A stretch of DNA of 63,962 nucleotides, counting the filler, from Dicyema japonicum (taxonomy: Eukaryota > Animalia > Dicyemida): NCBI GenBank assembly GCA_011109175.1. It is 5 parts of 5 records of this genome, joined end to end, with 100 filler letters (N's around TTAATTAATTAA, not from the genome) between each part and the next. Parts side by side here need not be neighbours in the genome. Positions count along the whole stretch, not along the records: positions 20,560 to 28,425 come from RDEW01000004.1; positions 28,526 to 35,044 come from RDEW01000052.1; positions 35,145 to 40,470 come from RDEW01000080.1; 2 more parts are not named here. One strand, 5' to 3'. This document shows positions 24,200 to 38,267 of the stretch, in pieces (position 1 is the first letter of the stretch; each line of letters opens with the position of its first letter). The notes under the pieces were generated by a model that saw nothing but the letters and a program-made list of their open reading frames with translations, did not search any database and was not told the DNA's origin. A program made the translations under genes and the position numbers.

Positions 24200-27140
24200 C
24201 TGTGGAGAAAAGAAATTTACTGTTCTCCAATTGAACATTAACGGAATTAAAGGCAAGGTCAGGGAACTCCGTTCAATACTGGCAATTCAGAAGATCGACG
24301 TGGCTATGATCCAAGAAACTAAACTCCTCACGAATGATTCCACTTTCTCATTCCCTGGATACGAGGCTATCAGGATGGACTGTAAAAAAGAAAGAGGGGC
24401 GGACTATTTACTCTATTCAAAAAAAACCATGAAATGCAGAAACATTACTTAGGAAGTGAAGAAACTTGTTGGAAACGACGAGGTTACTGATGCAATTGGA
24501 ATCTCGCTTGGGACAACAAAAGGAAGTCTGTGCCTCGTGAATATCTATTGTTTCTTCTCGGCTCCTGCCTAAAGGACTATTTTATTCCAAACCTATCAAG
24601 ATTGACTATCTACGAGGAGATCATCATATGTGGAGATTTAAACGCAGAGCACCCCTTATGGTTGTCAACCCAACAGGCCGACACGAGAGGGAAGCTATTG
24701 TTATGGTAAACGGACTCCTTAACGATACTAAATGACCCAGCGAAAAATACAAGGACCCCACTCCGAGAGACGGATCAGCCTATTTCTCGCGACGTAACAC
24801 TCTGCTCCACATTGCTTTCATCGAAAATTACCTGGTCAGTCTTCTACGAAGCAAGAAGCGATCATAACACGATTGTGATTAAGATCAAGAGAGAAGTCAA
24901 AGTGAGGAAAACACCTACTAGTTATAATTACAAAGCTGCTATTTGGGAAATGTTTCGCGCAATCTCGGATGATAGACTGAAGAATTGTTCTTGGACAGCT
25001 TCAAATCGCTAGAAAATGCGATCAAATACTTTACTTACACAATCCTAGAATAAAGATCATTGGATATTTCCAAGCATCGTATAAATTTTTCTAATAGTCG
25101 AGGGAAGTCAGCATTGGTAAAAGAAAGATATCACCTCAAAAAATGTAATTATCACATTAGGAACGAAACTCCGGATCAGAGCTCTAAACAACGAAATAAA
25201 GGCCAGAGAGTTCAAGGCCCAGAAATTGAAGTGGAATCGGATTCTTACAAAGGTAAATCGCAGCTTTAGTACTGGATAAGTGCGGAAAGCCATCCGAAAT
25301 GTTGCAAAGGGAGAAGAAACTTCCCCCAAGGATGACTATACTCAACGAGACGTTAACAATTTGATAAAATTCTACATAAAAATTTCATATAAAGAACACA
25401 GGAAGTCGGAAGTGCTTCCCTCTTCACGCAGAAAACTGAAGAAGAATTCTAACCCAGTTTACTTCTCGGATGAAGACGTGAAGAATGCGCTGCGTTTTAC
25501 AAGAACAACGTACTCTGCCGGTCCCGACAACATACCAGTAGTGAAGAACCTTATAGATATGGGAGTCGGTTTTCTAAAATCGGTTTTCAACTATTTAATT
25601 AATTGGAATGTAATACCGTTGTTATGGAAGCAAGCCAACATCCAACCTTTATTGTAACCTGAAAAACCTAAAGAAGATCCGGCATCATTTAGACCTGTGT
25701 CATTGTTTTGTTTCGTATCAAAAATCCTGGAGAGGCTTGTGCATGGGAGAATCATGGCTTTCTTAGCAGAAAAGGATTTTCAACACGGATTCAAGAGTTA
25801 TTGTTTTACATCAACGTACATACAGAAATTAACCAACTTCATTAGTGATAGATTTTCAAACTAACCAAGGCATTTGAAAACAGTCTTATGTTCCATTGAT
25901 ATCAACAAGGCCTTTGATTCTATTTCGAGAAAAATATTATCAAGAAAATTTTCCAGTCGGAGAATTAGTGATAGATTTTCAAACTAACCAAGGCATTTGA
26001 AAACAGTCTTATGTTCCATTGATATCAACAAGGCCTTTGATTCTATTTCGAGAAAAATATTATCAAGAAAATTTTCCAGTCAAAGATCCCGGGAAAACTT
26101 AAACTTTAAATAACAAATTTCTTAAGTGGACGGAGGGGAGAGTGAAATCAGTCTCGCGTCTTCTCCCAAATTGTGTCCCCCAAGGATCTCATTTATCCCC
26201 CCTTTATTCAATTTATACCTGGCCGACCTCCCGACACCGGAATCTAATAACGATGTTCTACTCTCATTTGCGGACGACATTGNNNNNNNNNNNNNNNNNN
26301 NNNNNNNNNNNNNNNNNNNNNNNNNNNNNNNNNNNNNNNNNNNNNNNNNNNNNNNNNNNNNNNNNNNNNNNNNNNNNNNNNNNNNNNNNNNNNNNNNNNN
26401 NATCTACGAGTTGTAGATTCCGTCAAGAGGGGAATGGTGTTCCTAAATGAATCCCTTTGTCTCCTTTATTATTTAACATATTCATGGTCGATTTCCCTAC
26501 ACCGGAAGTCGAAAATGATATTCTTCTCACTTATGCCGACGAAATCTTCATAGTTTCTCGCGATCAGGACCTCAAGACTGCCACTTCAAGATTGCAACAA
26601 ATCCTGGAACTTCTTAACGAATGGTTGATGAAGAACCCCCTGTCGACGACCACTGAGAAGTCCGTCGCAAAATGGCAATAAGAGCTGTCAAGAATAAAGC
26701 TCCGGGCAGTAATTTCATCGAAGCCAGGATGTTTAAAGAAGCCCCAGAAATTCTATTCAAAGTTCTCAACGTGTTCAATGCAAGTATGAAGATTGGTCAT
26801 GTTCTACACGAGTAGAAGAAAACAAGTGTACAGATAGTAGCCAAGACAGGAAAACCAAAGAAGGAACCAGCTATTGAACAGAAGTGTCCCGTAGGGATCA
26901 ATTTTGAGCCTTCTATTATTTAACGTTATGATGGTCGGTTTCCCGTCTCCGGGGGCACCAAATACGAGATCTCTGATATACACAGACGATGTACTACTGT
27001 CTGATGTGTCCAAACCAAGTATGACCTTGGAGGAGACTCAATGTATATATGGAAGCTCGAAATGGAAAAGGAAATCAGCAAAGCGTCCTATGTGGAATCA
27101 ATACTGTGAAATCTCTGAAGTATCTCGTAACAGCTTTTGA
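24200..27140 (+). mobile_element. I-group LINE(s), EN+RT, decayed, with internal duplication and gap
   Basis: EN: LQLNINGIKGK...IQETKL, IICGDLNA. RT: SAGPDNI, WKQANIQPL, FRPVSL, DINKAFDS, CVPQGSHLSP, FADD. Further RT fragments follow at 26400-27140. Confidence 0.85.
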
Positions 27141-27899
27141 GAAATCTGGGAGTACGTTATACGACTTTAAACTCTGAAGGAAGAAAGCACACCATCTTAT
27201 GTAAGAATCAAGTAAGACTCGAAACGGATGTGTTTTTATTTATTTTCCACGTACGAACATTCCATCGCTACTCTAAGGACTAGATGGTATTACACTGCAA
27301 ACAAGGAGCATTTTAAGCTGCTTCTTTAACTCATGATGACTTTTTCTTAATGCTGAATTTAAAAGTCCTGAAGGCTATTGACTGCAGAAGGCAGATAAAG
27401 GGAAATCTTTAACCAAAAGACCAATGAGTATCCAAATTTAAAGTTTTAATGTCAATAAACTTAGAACATTAACGTATCGGCCCTTTATTGTGTTTTCCAC
27501 ATCAAACTGATACCAATTCTTGACGGCTTAAAGCAACACACGACTGAATTGTCACAAATGTTAGCAAAAACTTGCGTTGTAGCGAATTTGTCGACTGTTT
27601 ACCGTCAAACATTAATGGAATCAAAACTTCATCTTACACGTGTCTGCATTGGACATCATCCCACCTTACATTAAAACTTGCTCTGTTTCCCTTGCCTCCT
27701 CAAGTCATCTTTTCTTTTACCAAGGTCCACCTTCGACTTGTTCACTCAACCGTATCCAATTGAGTGACTTCTGGGAACGCCCGTTTCCGGTTATTACTTT
27801 CTTTTTCGCCATCAGTTTTCTTCACTTGAAAGGACGGGAGAATTTATTTATTCAACAACCCAAGACCACTGTAAAACCAAACTAATTATTAGGGCAATT

Positions 27900-30000
27900 A
27901 AAGTGCTAAAATGCTTGATAATTAGTAATAATCAAGTGATCCTGATGCATTCCAACAGCAACCTCATTTTTGCCGGTGTTCTTCCCTCGTGTCCGCACAT
28001 GATCGTACAGAACGACCGACAGATTTTACGGAGCCACATTCCCGTATTCTGTAATCAAGTCTCATAAGGGCCTCCAGAGGCGTCGGGCCGGTTGTGCTAT
28101 GATTCCGCGAGGTGTTCCATTTTTTTGTGACATTTATTGTATTCCTCAATGAGGTGAATCCCATTCTGTTATGTAGGATTCACTGGTTCTTTATGACTTG
28201 TAGTTTGTTTTGTGTGGATATAAGGGTGTAGTCCACTTCGCACGTGCATGTTCGATTGTTGGTAAAATGTATTGTTTGTAAAATAATCAAAGGTGATGGA
28301 GACGATATTAGGGATCTAAAAAACGTCTTGAGGATCACCATCTTTATTTCGGACTCGCGAAACTAGTGTCACCACGTGATATGTGAACGCCATCAGAGGG
28401 TCGAATGTGACTCTGAGGATCGAAGNNNNNNNNNNNNNNNNNNNNNNNNNNNNNNNNNNNNNNNNNNNNTTAATTAATTAANNNNNNNNNNNNNNNNNNN
28501 NNNNNNNNNNNNNNNNNNNNNNNNNTTGAGAATTCCAATTTTCTTTTGGATCCTCGCAGTTACTAGGTCCACTTGATGAGTAAATGAGTAGGGGATCTAT
28601 GATGACTCCAAGGATTGAAAGGGTCTTCTTATTTGGAAGCGGGGGGTCATACAATGTTATTCGTGGTGTTGCCCGTAATTTTTTTCGTGTTGAGGTAAAC
28701 ATCATTACATGTGACTTTCCTGATGATATATTTAGACGGTTTTTCAGGAACCAAAAACCTATCTGGTTTAGTAGATCTTGCATGGATCGTGTCGCATTCT
28801 CGATTCTTCGATGTTTCACTGCGACCACGAAATCATTCGCATGTGATAAAAGAATTGTGTTTTTGGTGTTGGGAATAGTAGGTCAGTGATGAACACTTTG
28901 AAGAGTATTGGAGACAACGGTGATCCTTGTGGAACACCATTTGGAAAGTATCGCGGTTTTGATTTTTGGTTGTTTGTCACCACTTGGCCCATTCGACCGC
29001 TGATGAAGTTAGCCAACCATGACTTGAATTTAGGTTGGATCGACGTCGTAGAATTTTTGCTGCAAGGATCTTCCGGGATATTGAGTTAAAAACCATCTCT
29101 ACATCCACTGAGACAAGCACGGTTCTATCGTGTGGATTTGGGGTATTCAGGCCATCTGAAATGAATTGAACCAGTTTTGTTAGATGAGTAGTTGTTGAAT
29201 GTCCTTTGTGGAATCCGTGTAGAAAAGATGGTAGAGTTATGAAAGGACGGCTTGAGAAGGACCAGTTTTTATAACACTCGTGATAAGGTGCAGATGATGG
29301 ATACCGGGTGGTAAAAGGACTAGTAGTTTGGTGGTTTGTTTTTCTTCAGGATAGCGTATATCAGGGATTTCTTCCATATTGACGGAATCTTGTTCTCGTT
29401 TATTGAGAGGTTGAAAATTTGTGTTATTGCGGCCGTCGCGGAAGGACCCAGGTTTTTCAGTTTGAGAATGGAGATGTCATCTGAACTGGGGGACGACGAG
29501 TTATTCATTTTCCTGATTACTGAGTGCACCATTGAAGGGTCGAAGAAATTCATGGTGGGACATTTCATCGAGCATTCCCAGAACAAACATCGAGGTCTTT
29601 TGAATATGGTTTATGACTAATATTCACATAGTACTTCATGATGTCAGTGGGATTTGGACATGGCTCTTGATGTCTAATTAAATGTGGAGAGCACCTCTTG
29701 AGTTTCCTTATCGATAGTGGGGGAAGTAATGTTCGTAGCTTTTCTGAGCGAGACTTCCCAACGTTCTTTATTGTGTTTTGTGATGTTCCGCGTGATTTCT
29801 TTGTTTAGCTTTGATATTTTTTCAGTTACGTCCACTGATTGTCTTTCGAAATTCTTCAGCTTATTTTTCGTTTGAATTAGATCTAGCGTTTCAGCATCAA
29901 TTAGGTGTGATGGACGTTGAGGACGTCTTATCGGAATGCATCTTTTGCGAGCTCGGAGTATAATCTTGCTGAGGTATTTGATAGCGACGTTGATAGATCT
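27900..30000 (-). mobile_element. I-group LINE RT region, decayed
   Basis: SPSSDDISILKLKNL...KIPSIWKKSLIYAILKKNKP, GVPQGSPLSPILF, LSILGVIIDPLL. Confidence 0.85.
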
Positions 30001-30399
30001 ATAGTTCTCTATTATTTATGGTTTATAGTGGACGCTAAAAATGAAAAATTAAAAAATATAAATTATTTTTAGCACTATTAAATTTTTTTTTAAATCAGAT
30101 TATCTATTTGAGAAAGTAACTGAATCATTGGAACTCGTCAGTACGCAATCCTTCAACCCCCTAAGCACTATCTGTTCACTCAAAATGTCATTAATCAAGA
30201 AAATACGATAGTAATTCCGATATTTCAAAAANTAAGTGCTCTTTTAACTGTTTAATTTTTAAAATTTAATTTTTTAAGTGATTCTAACCTGTGAGTTGCC
30301 AGTCTTAGATTCACATTTTTAACCTCAAATTTTTCGAGCCATCCACGACTGGCATAAAATAAGCTATTTGGCGTTTCTTGCATCGCTCTCCTCTTTTAA

Positions 30400-30790
30400 A
30401 TGAATAATCGCGTCCTTGAAGACGAAAACGGTTATCTTCCCTACCCATAAAGAACACAGTAAAACTCAATCAACTAATCAACCATTATTTATTGATATGT
30501 TAGGAAACCTGCCAAAAATCATTTTGGATCAATGCTTGCAATTAATTACCACTACGAGTTCCCAAAATTCATTTTTTTTATCTCGAACAAATATAGAAGA
30601 CTGTCTGTTATTTACGAAATTCTATGCCTGTGGCATCAATGGAGATCACTTGAAGCTCTTGAGACTCCCGTTTTTATTGAATTTGACGAGCTTATACAAC
30701 TATTTTGTGAAAACGTACACTGTCTTAAGTAGATTTGATAATTACAGCAATTTTACAATCTGAAAAGTCCAAAATACGACCCATCGTAAT
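30400..30790 (+). CDS. Possible hypothetical host gene with mini-introns
   Basis: ATG at 30400 and a 22-nt GT-AG intron (30431-30452) join in frame to the 30416-30763 ORF. Downstream frame choice is ambiguous and no domain is recognised. Confidence 0.3.
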
Positions 30791-31199
30791 ATGAGCGGAT
30801 TTTTGTTACCATTCCTCTCCATATGCCTATTATTTTTTCAATAACACTAAGTTTATTAACAAAAGAGTGAAGAGTTATTTGGATGGGTATTACATCTGAG
30901 TCCTATGTTCACATCCCCGTTTAGAATTTTTAAAAAACAGGCTAAAAAATTTAAAACTGAAGATCCGCTTTATCTATACCAATAATGGTTTTACAAAATT
31001 TGGTCTTGTCGACTAAGAAACGAAGTTTTCATAATTTTATTTTGGCGGTTTTTAAAATAATTTCTCCAATAAAAATCCAATTTTTTCAAATCTATTTTTT
31101 TCATGACTGGCAATGTATTTTTAAGGAAAAAGTGTTAAAAATCGATAGTTCTATAATTGATCGATCTCATCATTGGAGATAATGCCACGTGTACAATTT

Positions 31200-32060
31200 C
31201 ATAGCACCTTCAAAGCGATCATATTGAGGAAAACAATTAGTTTTTTTCGTTGAACATCTCTACGTCTTCTGGAGAATTTGAGTTTAGGAGACCACGATTT
31301 TGTACATCGACTACGTTGTTGGATGTTGTCATACAATCAGAAAGTTCTTCGCGGTCTTTATAATATTCTTTGAAGAATCGCTTAGCTAATATCTCTTTTA
31401 GAATAATGACTTGACATCAAGGAAGAGGCATCAAATAAGCTTTGTTTTCCTCCGACTTTCATGAAGGATTCTCTGTCCGTTAAAAAATTTATATGAACAT
31501 CCGTCGACACAAGCTGAGCTAGAAGAGCTTCGTGACAACAAATACCTTAGAAATATCCAGCCATAACTATTTCAGCTGCCTCCGGCGATCAATGGCCTTC
31601 TGGATTTCCGAATTTAGCTGGTAGAAAGGGTCTGCACACGACCTATGGGAGAAGCAAAAAATTGGTTTCTTTAATAATCCGACACAATTGTCTAAATAAA
31701 TCCTTTCAGTTATCTTTAAAATAGAACACACCAGAGGGTCCCTCTTCGATTTTCCTAGCTTGGTGACTATTTTCACTATAGACCTCTTCCATAAAGTGAA
31801 ATAAATCCAGTTTCTGTAATGGTTTGTAGAATCCGAATTTTATCACTAAAAGTAGAAATAATTCTCCTTTTTTTTGTGAAGACCCAAAGGCATTGATCTG
31901 TTTGTCCCAGCTTTTACATTTGTCAGGGAATTGTAGACCTAGCATTTTGAAATGGTCCCAGATTGTGAGAATTTTTGATTCCCAATGTAGCTGGTCAATT
32001 GTTGTGGTGTTAGAAAGCCAGTAATTGTTCATAGAGCGGAGTTTCGAGTCGTTTGTATTT
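31200..32060 (-). mobile_element. I-group LINE post-RT fragment
   Basis: IDQLHWESKILTIWDHFKMLG matches VDHLHWESKILTIGDHL at 48297-48350. Confidence 0.55.
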
Positions 32061-32199
32061 TTCGGACAAGGTAATGATAAACAGGTACCCACGCAAAAAA
32101 CATCATAGTTCATCGTCGTTCTAATAAACTGTCAGTAAATAGTGGTCAAGCTCACTTTGCTCTGGCCAAATGACGTACCCGAGCTTCGTCGTTCTAATA

Positions 32200-32335
32200 A
32201 ATTGTCTGAGACAAGCGACTGATACTTCATAACGGAGAAAGTCCTTAGGTAGTTGAGTTCTTGTCGCGACTATAATTTCTATAAGCTGTGTTGCATACAT
32301 TCCTGCATTTGAGTGACGTCACCACCTCAACCAAA
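32200..32335 (-). mobile_element. RTE-type LINE 5' end fragment
   Basis: QLPKDFLRYEVSVACL resembles QLICDLTKYEVSVCSL at ~15340. Shares the exact 15-mer GGTTGAGGTGGTGAC with the 5' UTR at 15464-15478. Confidence 0.55.
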
Positions 32336-33419
32336 AAAGTTTTTAACTGTTTTTTTCTAAATTTGCAGAAGACTTAAACAACCTTACTGAAACACAACTG
32401 GCATGCGATTAACAAAATATGACACTTGATTCGCTGTGTTACAATAGTGTGGGCATCATCTGACATTATAATGGAAATGGCGGACACATGGACTACCTAG
32501 AGAACTAATGCGCAACGGAAGATCAGGATTATTCGGATTACGGCACAAGGAAAACTTAACTAATTTTATGTTTTCTCGGGAGTGCTTTTAATAATAATAA
32601 TTTTTTTTATGTTTTCTCGGATGCTTTTTAATAATAATAATTTCGAGTGCCTTTTTTAGCGACTGGAACCAGCATGTCTAGCGCAATGTGTGGTCGATCT
32701 ACAGTTGCAATTCATTCTGGTTCCAGGCGTCTCCACACATGCAGGTAGGTCGTGTCCTCCTGACTACTGAGCCATTCACATGTGATTAGCACATAGGCAA
32801 TATTGAACCAACCCGGACCACCGATGTAGCCTCCGTTCTGTAGCCAATTGCAAAAGGGAGCCTTCTTATTCTTCGTAAAAACGGTAAATACCGCGGTAGA
32901 AAATCAATTCCTTAACAAATTTATGAAGGTCGTTATCATCAACCGAAAAGCAGAGGTTTTTCAACTCTATTTTAGACGGTCTCACTCGTTTTCGTTGAAA
33001 AAATGAATCCCAAGTCCAAAAGGTGTTTTAGCATTAACATAATCGCAAAAGTTCATTTTTCTTCTTTCTTTTTGAATTCGAAAAGGAAGATCCCAGAACC
33101 TTTGTGGCTCAATCGAATATATCCCATAATCTCGCAGAAGTATAATATGTTTGAGTAAAATATTCCCGAATGTTCAAAGCTAAAGGATAATGATGGAATT
33201 CTCAATATTGACTCTAGCCTCATCGGTCGTGTTCCCAAGTACTGTTTCTATAGAACTTCCAGCCTTTCAATTCACTCGAATTTGCATGCTAAGCCACTCC
33301 AGTTAACACTATCATGGAAGGTCACCATTGATTGTATTCACTTCGTTGATTTTTTTAATTATGAAGATTGACTTGAGTCGTTTGATCGTTTGTGGAAATT
33401 TCCTTTTTCATTAAAAAAC

Positions 33420-33970
33420 CTTGCTTTTTGCATTAAAGATTACAAAATGGTTAAGAAGTCAGTGAACCATATGGCTATACGTGAAGCTGAATGCCTAATA
33501 GCGATTACATGAGGAGGCAACGATTTCGTAAAATCCACACGTTTTCTGCATAATGAATGACGCAAAAATTAAGTGAATGATGAAAGTATGTCAATTCTTT
33601 ATATTGAAATCCAAGTGGACACTTTAATGAGTGACGAAGGTTCAAGACAATTTTTATACGACAGTGAATTTGTATTCATTGAAGTTGGAATTACGTCTCA
33701 GGAATTATCAAAATGCACTGGAGTATAAAGTCTCATAATACGACTTATCCTTGGGGGAGATTAAGCTTCACTGTGGGTTTCCAATTAAAGTCATTCTTCT
33801 AAAGCACAGACATTGGCTAAATATTCAGAAAGAGGAATAGTGTCAGTATAATTCCATCCGATAAAGCTGTCGTCTCAGATTGGTGATGATGTGGGGATTT
33901 ATCCAAGTGAAGAGCAAATGAACGATTCTTCCAAAGGATCTCCCCAAAAATTAACAGACGTTACTGCGAT
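33420..33970 (+). mobile_element. R4/Dong-like C-terminal (post-zinc knuckle/RLE) fragment
   Basis: SDYMRR-ND motif, FVFIEVGITSQ (cf. LIEVVITSQ at 36135) and YDLSLGE. Confidence 0.5.
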
Positions 33971-34639
33971 CAAATTATCCTGATCGTCTGATAAAAACTA
34001 TTAAAATTATTTTTGAGAATCCTAGTACTGAATAGAGATAACTTTAGCTTTGTAAAACTAACAAGTTTATTTGCATTTTAAAACATTATTTATTTTTATG
34101 TAAAGACTTTGGGAAGATTAAAATAATTAATTTAATATTGAATTTGTAAAAAGAATGACTAAATTGTTTGATTTAAAAAATCAAGTTATGATTTTTACTC
34201 AGGGATGTCCCCATTGTCCTCATGTCTAGGTTTCGGAAATTAGCATTGAAGGTCACGTTAATTGACAGGCATAGTGTCAAAAATGGTCGATTCGAGAGGT
34301 TGTACAGATGAATTAATATTTTATTTAAATAAAAGAATAGTAAACTGAGAGTTTTACTATGCTACAACACAAAATAAGTTTTTTTAGTTTCTCCAATATA
34401 AATGAACTCACTCGCCATCCTGATAAGGAATAGCCGGACAGTCAGGGCATACCACTGCATGACCCTCGGTTGACTGTTAATTTTATTTTAATAAATAACT
34501 CAAAAAAATGAATCTTATTTATCTCACAATCACCGTATTTGGAGGTTATTTAAAATCCTCAGCCTAATATAGGCTGACTTACCGCACGTTTCTTTACCTT
34601 CCCAGTTATATATTCTGCGATTTAATATTTTTCGTAAAT

Positions 34640-36480
34640 TTACATAATTCCTAAATTCACAAAAGATTTATTATGAAGGAATGGAGATAATCCATCGTAC
34701 ACAGCACCAAATATACCTGATGATCTATTGGGGCGTCCGCTTTTGGCTATGACGTTTCCACCGTTTCATTCACTCAACTGCTTCTCTTGAGTCAACGTGT
34801 GAGAATCTCCATGTGGAACCAACCTACAGTGCAGAAAGATAAAAGGTGAAAAGTTTGGAAAATTTTTGCTTAAGGTAGAAGCAAAGACATGTGAAAAAAA
34901 TAGTCACCCAACCAACATTAATGTAACCGAAACCTCCCTCACCGAAAAGTTTGTGTCACTTGAGAGATCTGTAATGAGGTCATCAAAACTATATAAGCAG
35001 AATAGAACGATCGGTTAAGTCGTTGGTACCCTTATATCTTCGAGNNNNNNNNNNNNNNNNNNNNNNNNNNNNNNNNNNNNNNNNNNNNTTAATTAATTAA
35101 NNNNNNNNNNNNNNNNNNNNNNNNNNNNNNNNNNNNNNNNNNNNAACAAAATTGCTTGATGGAATAGATGGCTATCGAAACCTTGGGGTTCTGGAAAACA
35201 AAGATAGCAAAGTCTTGAAAGAAGAAATACTAAAGTCAATCTTTGACGGAGCTAAGAGTTTCGACAACCTGGCCAAGTCAAAATTAAACTCAGCGAACTT
35301 GTTTAAAGCTATAAACGAATATGCTTTATCTTTGTATAACTATTACATCGGACTAATTGACATCGAACCGACTGAATATGATCTGATTGACAAAAGCATC
35401 GCAAAAACTTGTGCACCATCGGATTCACCTGAAACCAGCAAATAAAAGACTTTATTTGGTAAGAAACCAACTTGGATGGGGATTGGAATCTATTACACAT
35501 AAAAGTGAACGGATGCTACTCCAATTCCTACGAGATCTTGAAAAGACGTCGAGTTATTGTTTGAGGAAGTCGGGGATTCTGCGGGTCATCAAAGAAAACA
35601 CACATGGTTACAGAATTTCCATGCCGAAAATATAGAGCTGATATTCTCATTCTCGTCCTATTACAAGAACAACAAAAGAACTGGCTAATTGAAGAAATTC
35701 AGAAAAAGCAGCTACATGGAGTCCTATTGCACTGTCAGAGTGATTTAAATATCGACATCGCCGAATTATCCCTTTGGCTATCGCATGGGAATAACTTTCT
35801 CAGATGCACCGAAACCTATTCTTTGATAATCCTGGGGTCGGCTGCAACTCAGCTAAGAAAACTTTTGACCACTTGGAAACAAGATCTGGTCTATTGCTGA
35901 ATAGTGACTAGTTTTGACTTCATAACGAAGTTCTCAGATGCTTACATTTGCATCTATGCCGACAATACGGAATAAAAAAATCAAAGAAACTGAAAACACA
36001 TTCTGTGCAATCAGTAGTGGTGAATGAATCAGTCGCAATTCGGGTGGATTTAGCAATAAGCACAGATACGTAAGTACAAAACAACAAACCAGATATTTTT
36101 TGTACTGGACAAAAGGAGGAATTTAATTATGCTTATCGAAGTGGTAATCACCTCTCAACAGCATTGATACAAGTCGAGGTCGAAAAGCTACAAAAATATG
36201 ACTTGCTTGCCCAGTGAATTGGCATCTCTCCACAATGCTAAAGTTAATATTGTAACAATCGTACTAACATGGGATGGTGTTGTGAGACATTTCTACAAAC
36301 ATCATCACAATTCTCTGAAGGTTAAGGCACCAACTCGAGCATATATTCAATCAACAGTGATCAAGAAAACCTTGGAGAGTATGCGTATAGAGCACAAATA
36401 TGGAATGACTTCCCTGGATGATTTCAGAAAACTCACAACTTAACGGGAACGAATGAAGCAGAATCGTCGTGCCAAAGGGC
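34640..36480 (+). mobile_element. R4/Dong-like RLE retrotransposon, decayed, interrupted by a synthetic linker
   Basis: GYRNLGVLEN, LNSANLFKAINEYALS, HLKPANKRLYLVRNQLGWGL, LIEVVITS, KVNIVTIVLTWDGVV. Confidence 0.8.
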
Positions 36481-37948
36481 AAAGAGGAACAGAATTTTTT
36501 GAAGGGAAAAAATCACTTAGGTATTACTGACAGTTTCGATGATTAATTTTTGAATAATTAATTAAATTTTATTGATATTTTTAGAAATGTAAATCTGAAC
36601 GGATTGAATTTAATTTTTTAAGTTAAGGCGGCGTTTTAGTGACGTTCTCTGTTGTATTTTATTACCTTATAACTTTCAAGATTGATTCCAGGTGTCTATT
36701 TTGTCGTTCATATCACCTATAATTATAACTTTTCTTGAGTATCTTCGAGGAAATGAACTTTTCAAATATAATCCCATTTGCCCGAAATTTTTTGAGGTAC
36801 GCATTTTTACATATTTAGGACTGTCATACTTGTCTGAACCTAAGATTCCCCAAGGACCAAATAATAAAGCTTTGAGTTTTAACAAGTTTTGATGAANGAA
36901 TAATTAATTAATTTTATTGATATTTTTAAAACGGTAAATCTAAACGGATTAAATTTAATTTTTTAAGTTAAGGCGGCGTTTTTGTGACGTTCTCTGTTGT
37001 TTTTTATTACCTTATAACTTTCAAGATTGATTCTAGGTTTCTGTTTTGTCGTTCATATCACTTATAATTATAACTTTTTTTGAGTATCTGCGAGGAAATG
37101 AACTTTTCAGATATAATCTCATTTGCCCAAAATTTTTTGAGGTACGCATTTTTACATATTTAGGACTGTCATACTTGTCTGAACCTAAGATCCCCCAAGG
37201 ACCAACTAATAAAGCTTTGAGTTTTAATAAGTTTTGATGAAATAACGATGCCAAGTGGCATGACCTACAATGCTAGTTTCCAAAACTTTGAACTTTGAAT
37301 TTATTGTGAAAATAACTAATTTATTGACAATGTTGTATAAAAATTCGATTTTTGTATTTTTCTATATTTTTAATATTATGTCTTTCAAATCATTAATACA
37401 CCAATAATAAACTCATAAAAATACATTGACGGTCAGTCAACCTACGAGGAGGTTCTTAGAAAAGCACATAAAATGGCATTATCTCGACAGTCCTGTCAGT
37501 CAGTAATGGAACATTCATTGTTACTAATTTCTGGGATAATTGATAATAAACACCATACAGGGGTATCTTGAGGACATAGCATACCAAATCCTAATAGTCG
37601 AGATTGTCTTAGATGACTGACCAAGTAAATATGCTTAATCAATCCTCTACTCATCACATAAACACCACTTTAACAAAATCTTACACGTGTAGTGTACTAA
37701 TCTCGTGTCCTGTGATCAAAAATGTCTATTATGGCCGCTACGGAAAAATTAATCTTTGAAATATGATAAATGACTAGGATTGAGCAAGGAAAGGAGAAAT
37801 GGTAAAGGAATTAAAGGCAAAGAGTGAACCACAGCTATTTGGATTATTAACTCATGCAAATGTCTTATAATATACAATCCAACATAATCTCCTGCCAAGT
37901 ATCCCCAATGACAGATATACAAATATATAAGGAATATACTTAAATAGT

Positions 37949-38267
37949 GGCATAGTGGTTAGGCGTCAGGCTTAAGTGGCTTAGGCTACGGGCTCGAATC
38001 TTGCTGCTGTTCACCGGGTGGAAGATTCCACGCATCTACGATGCAGAAAGGGTTTGACGAGTGACGCCGTCATCAGTGGATACTCACTGCGGAACTGGAT
38101 CGTCTAGAAAAGACACTCACACAAGAAAAAGAAAAAAAGAAGTGAAGATCATTCCTTGGTTCTACGATTAGTTAAAATTAACTGCTCTTTACTTAAATAA
38201 AGTGTGTGTCCTACCTATGCGGAGCTATAAATACTATGGCTCTCGTGAAAAGGCTTTATTATTATTT
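37949..38267 (+). mobile_element. tRNA-derived SINE family A, near full-length, with 14-bp TSD
   Basis: A-box (TG)GCATAGTGG at 37948-37957, B-box GGGCTCGAATC at 37990-38000, purine-rich body and (TTA)n tail. Flanked by TATACTTAAATAGT at 37935-37948 and 38268-38281. Confidence 0.85.

Noticed and set aside
34410-34480. GC-rich hairpin upstream of an R4-like element as a possible HDV-like ribozyme
   Set aside because: The pairings are nested (ACAGTCA/TGACTGT enclosing GGG/CCC), with no room for P1 or P4.
36560-37240. Tandem duplications of 200-340 bp around single N bases (also near 38502, 49497, 53299, 54200, 57267, 59395, 60357)
   Set aside because: The pattern is typical of unmerged overlapping contig ends from two haplotypes, not biological arrays.
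36676-37254. ORF pair with KVIIIGDMND as a host nuclease
   Set aside because: It is only a short EN-like motif in an artefactually duplicated block and more likely a LINE remnant; it cannot be assigned.
37945-38010. Possible tRNA gene
   Set aside because: A and B boxes are present but the cloverleaf does not close, and it continues into a repeated body, tail and TSD, so it is a SINE head.
38050-38110. CTGATGA on the minus strand of SINE A as a possible hammerhead core
   Set aside because: No stem II followed by GAAA and no stem I/III geometry. Only two simple hairpins are seen on the plus strand.
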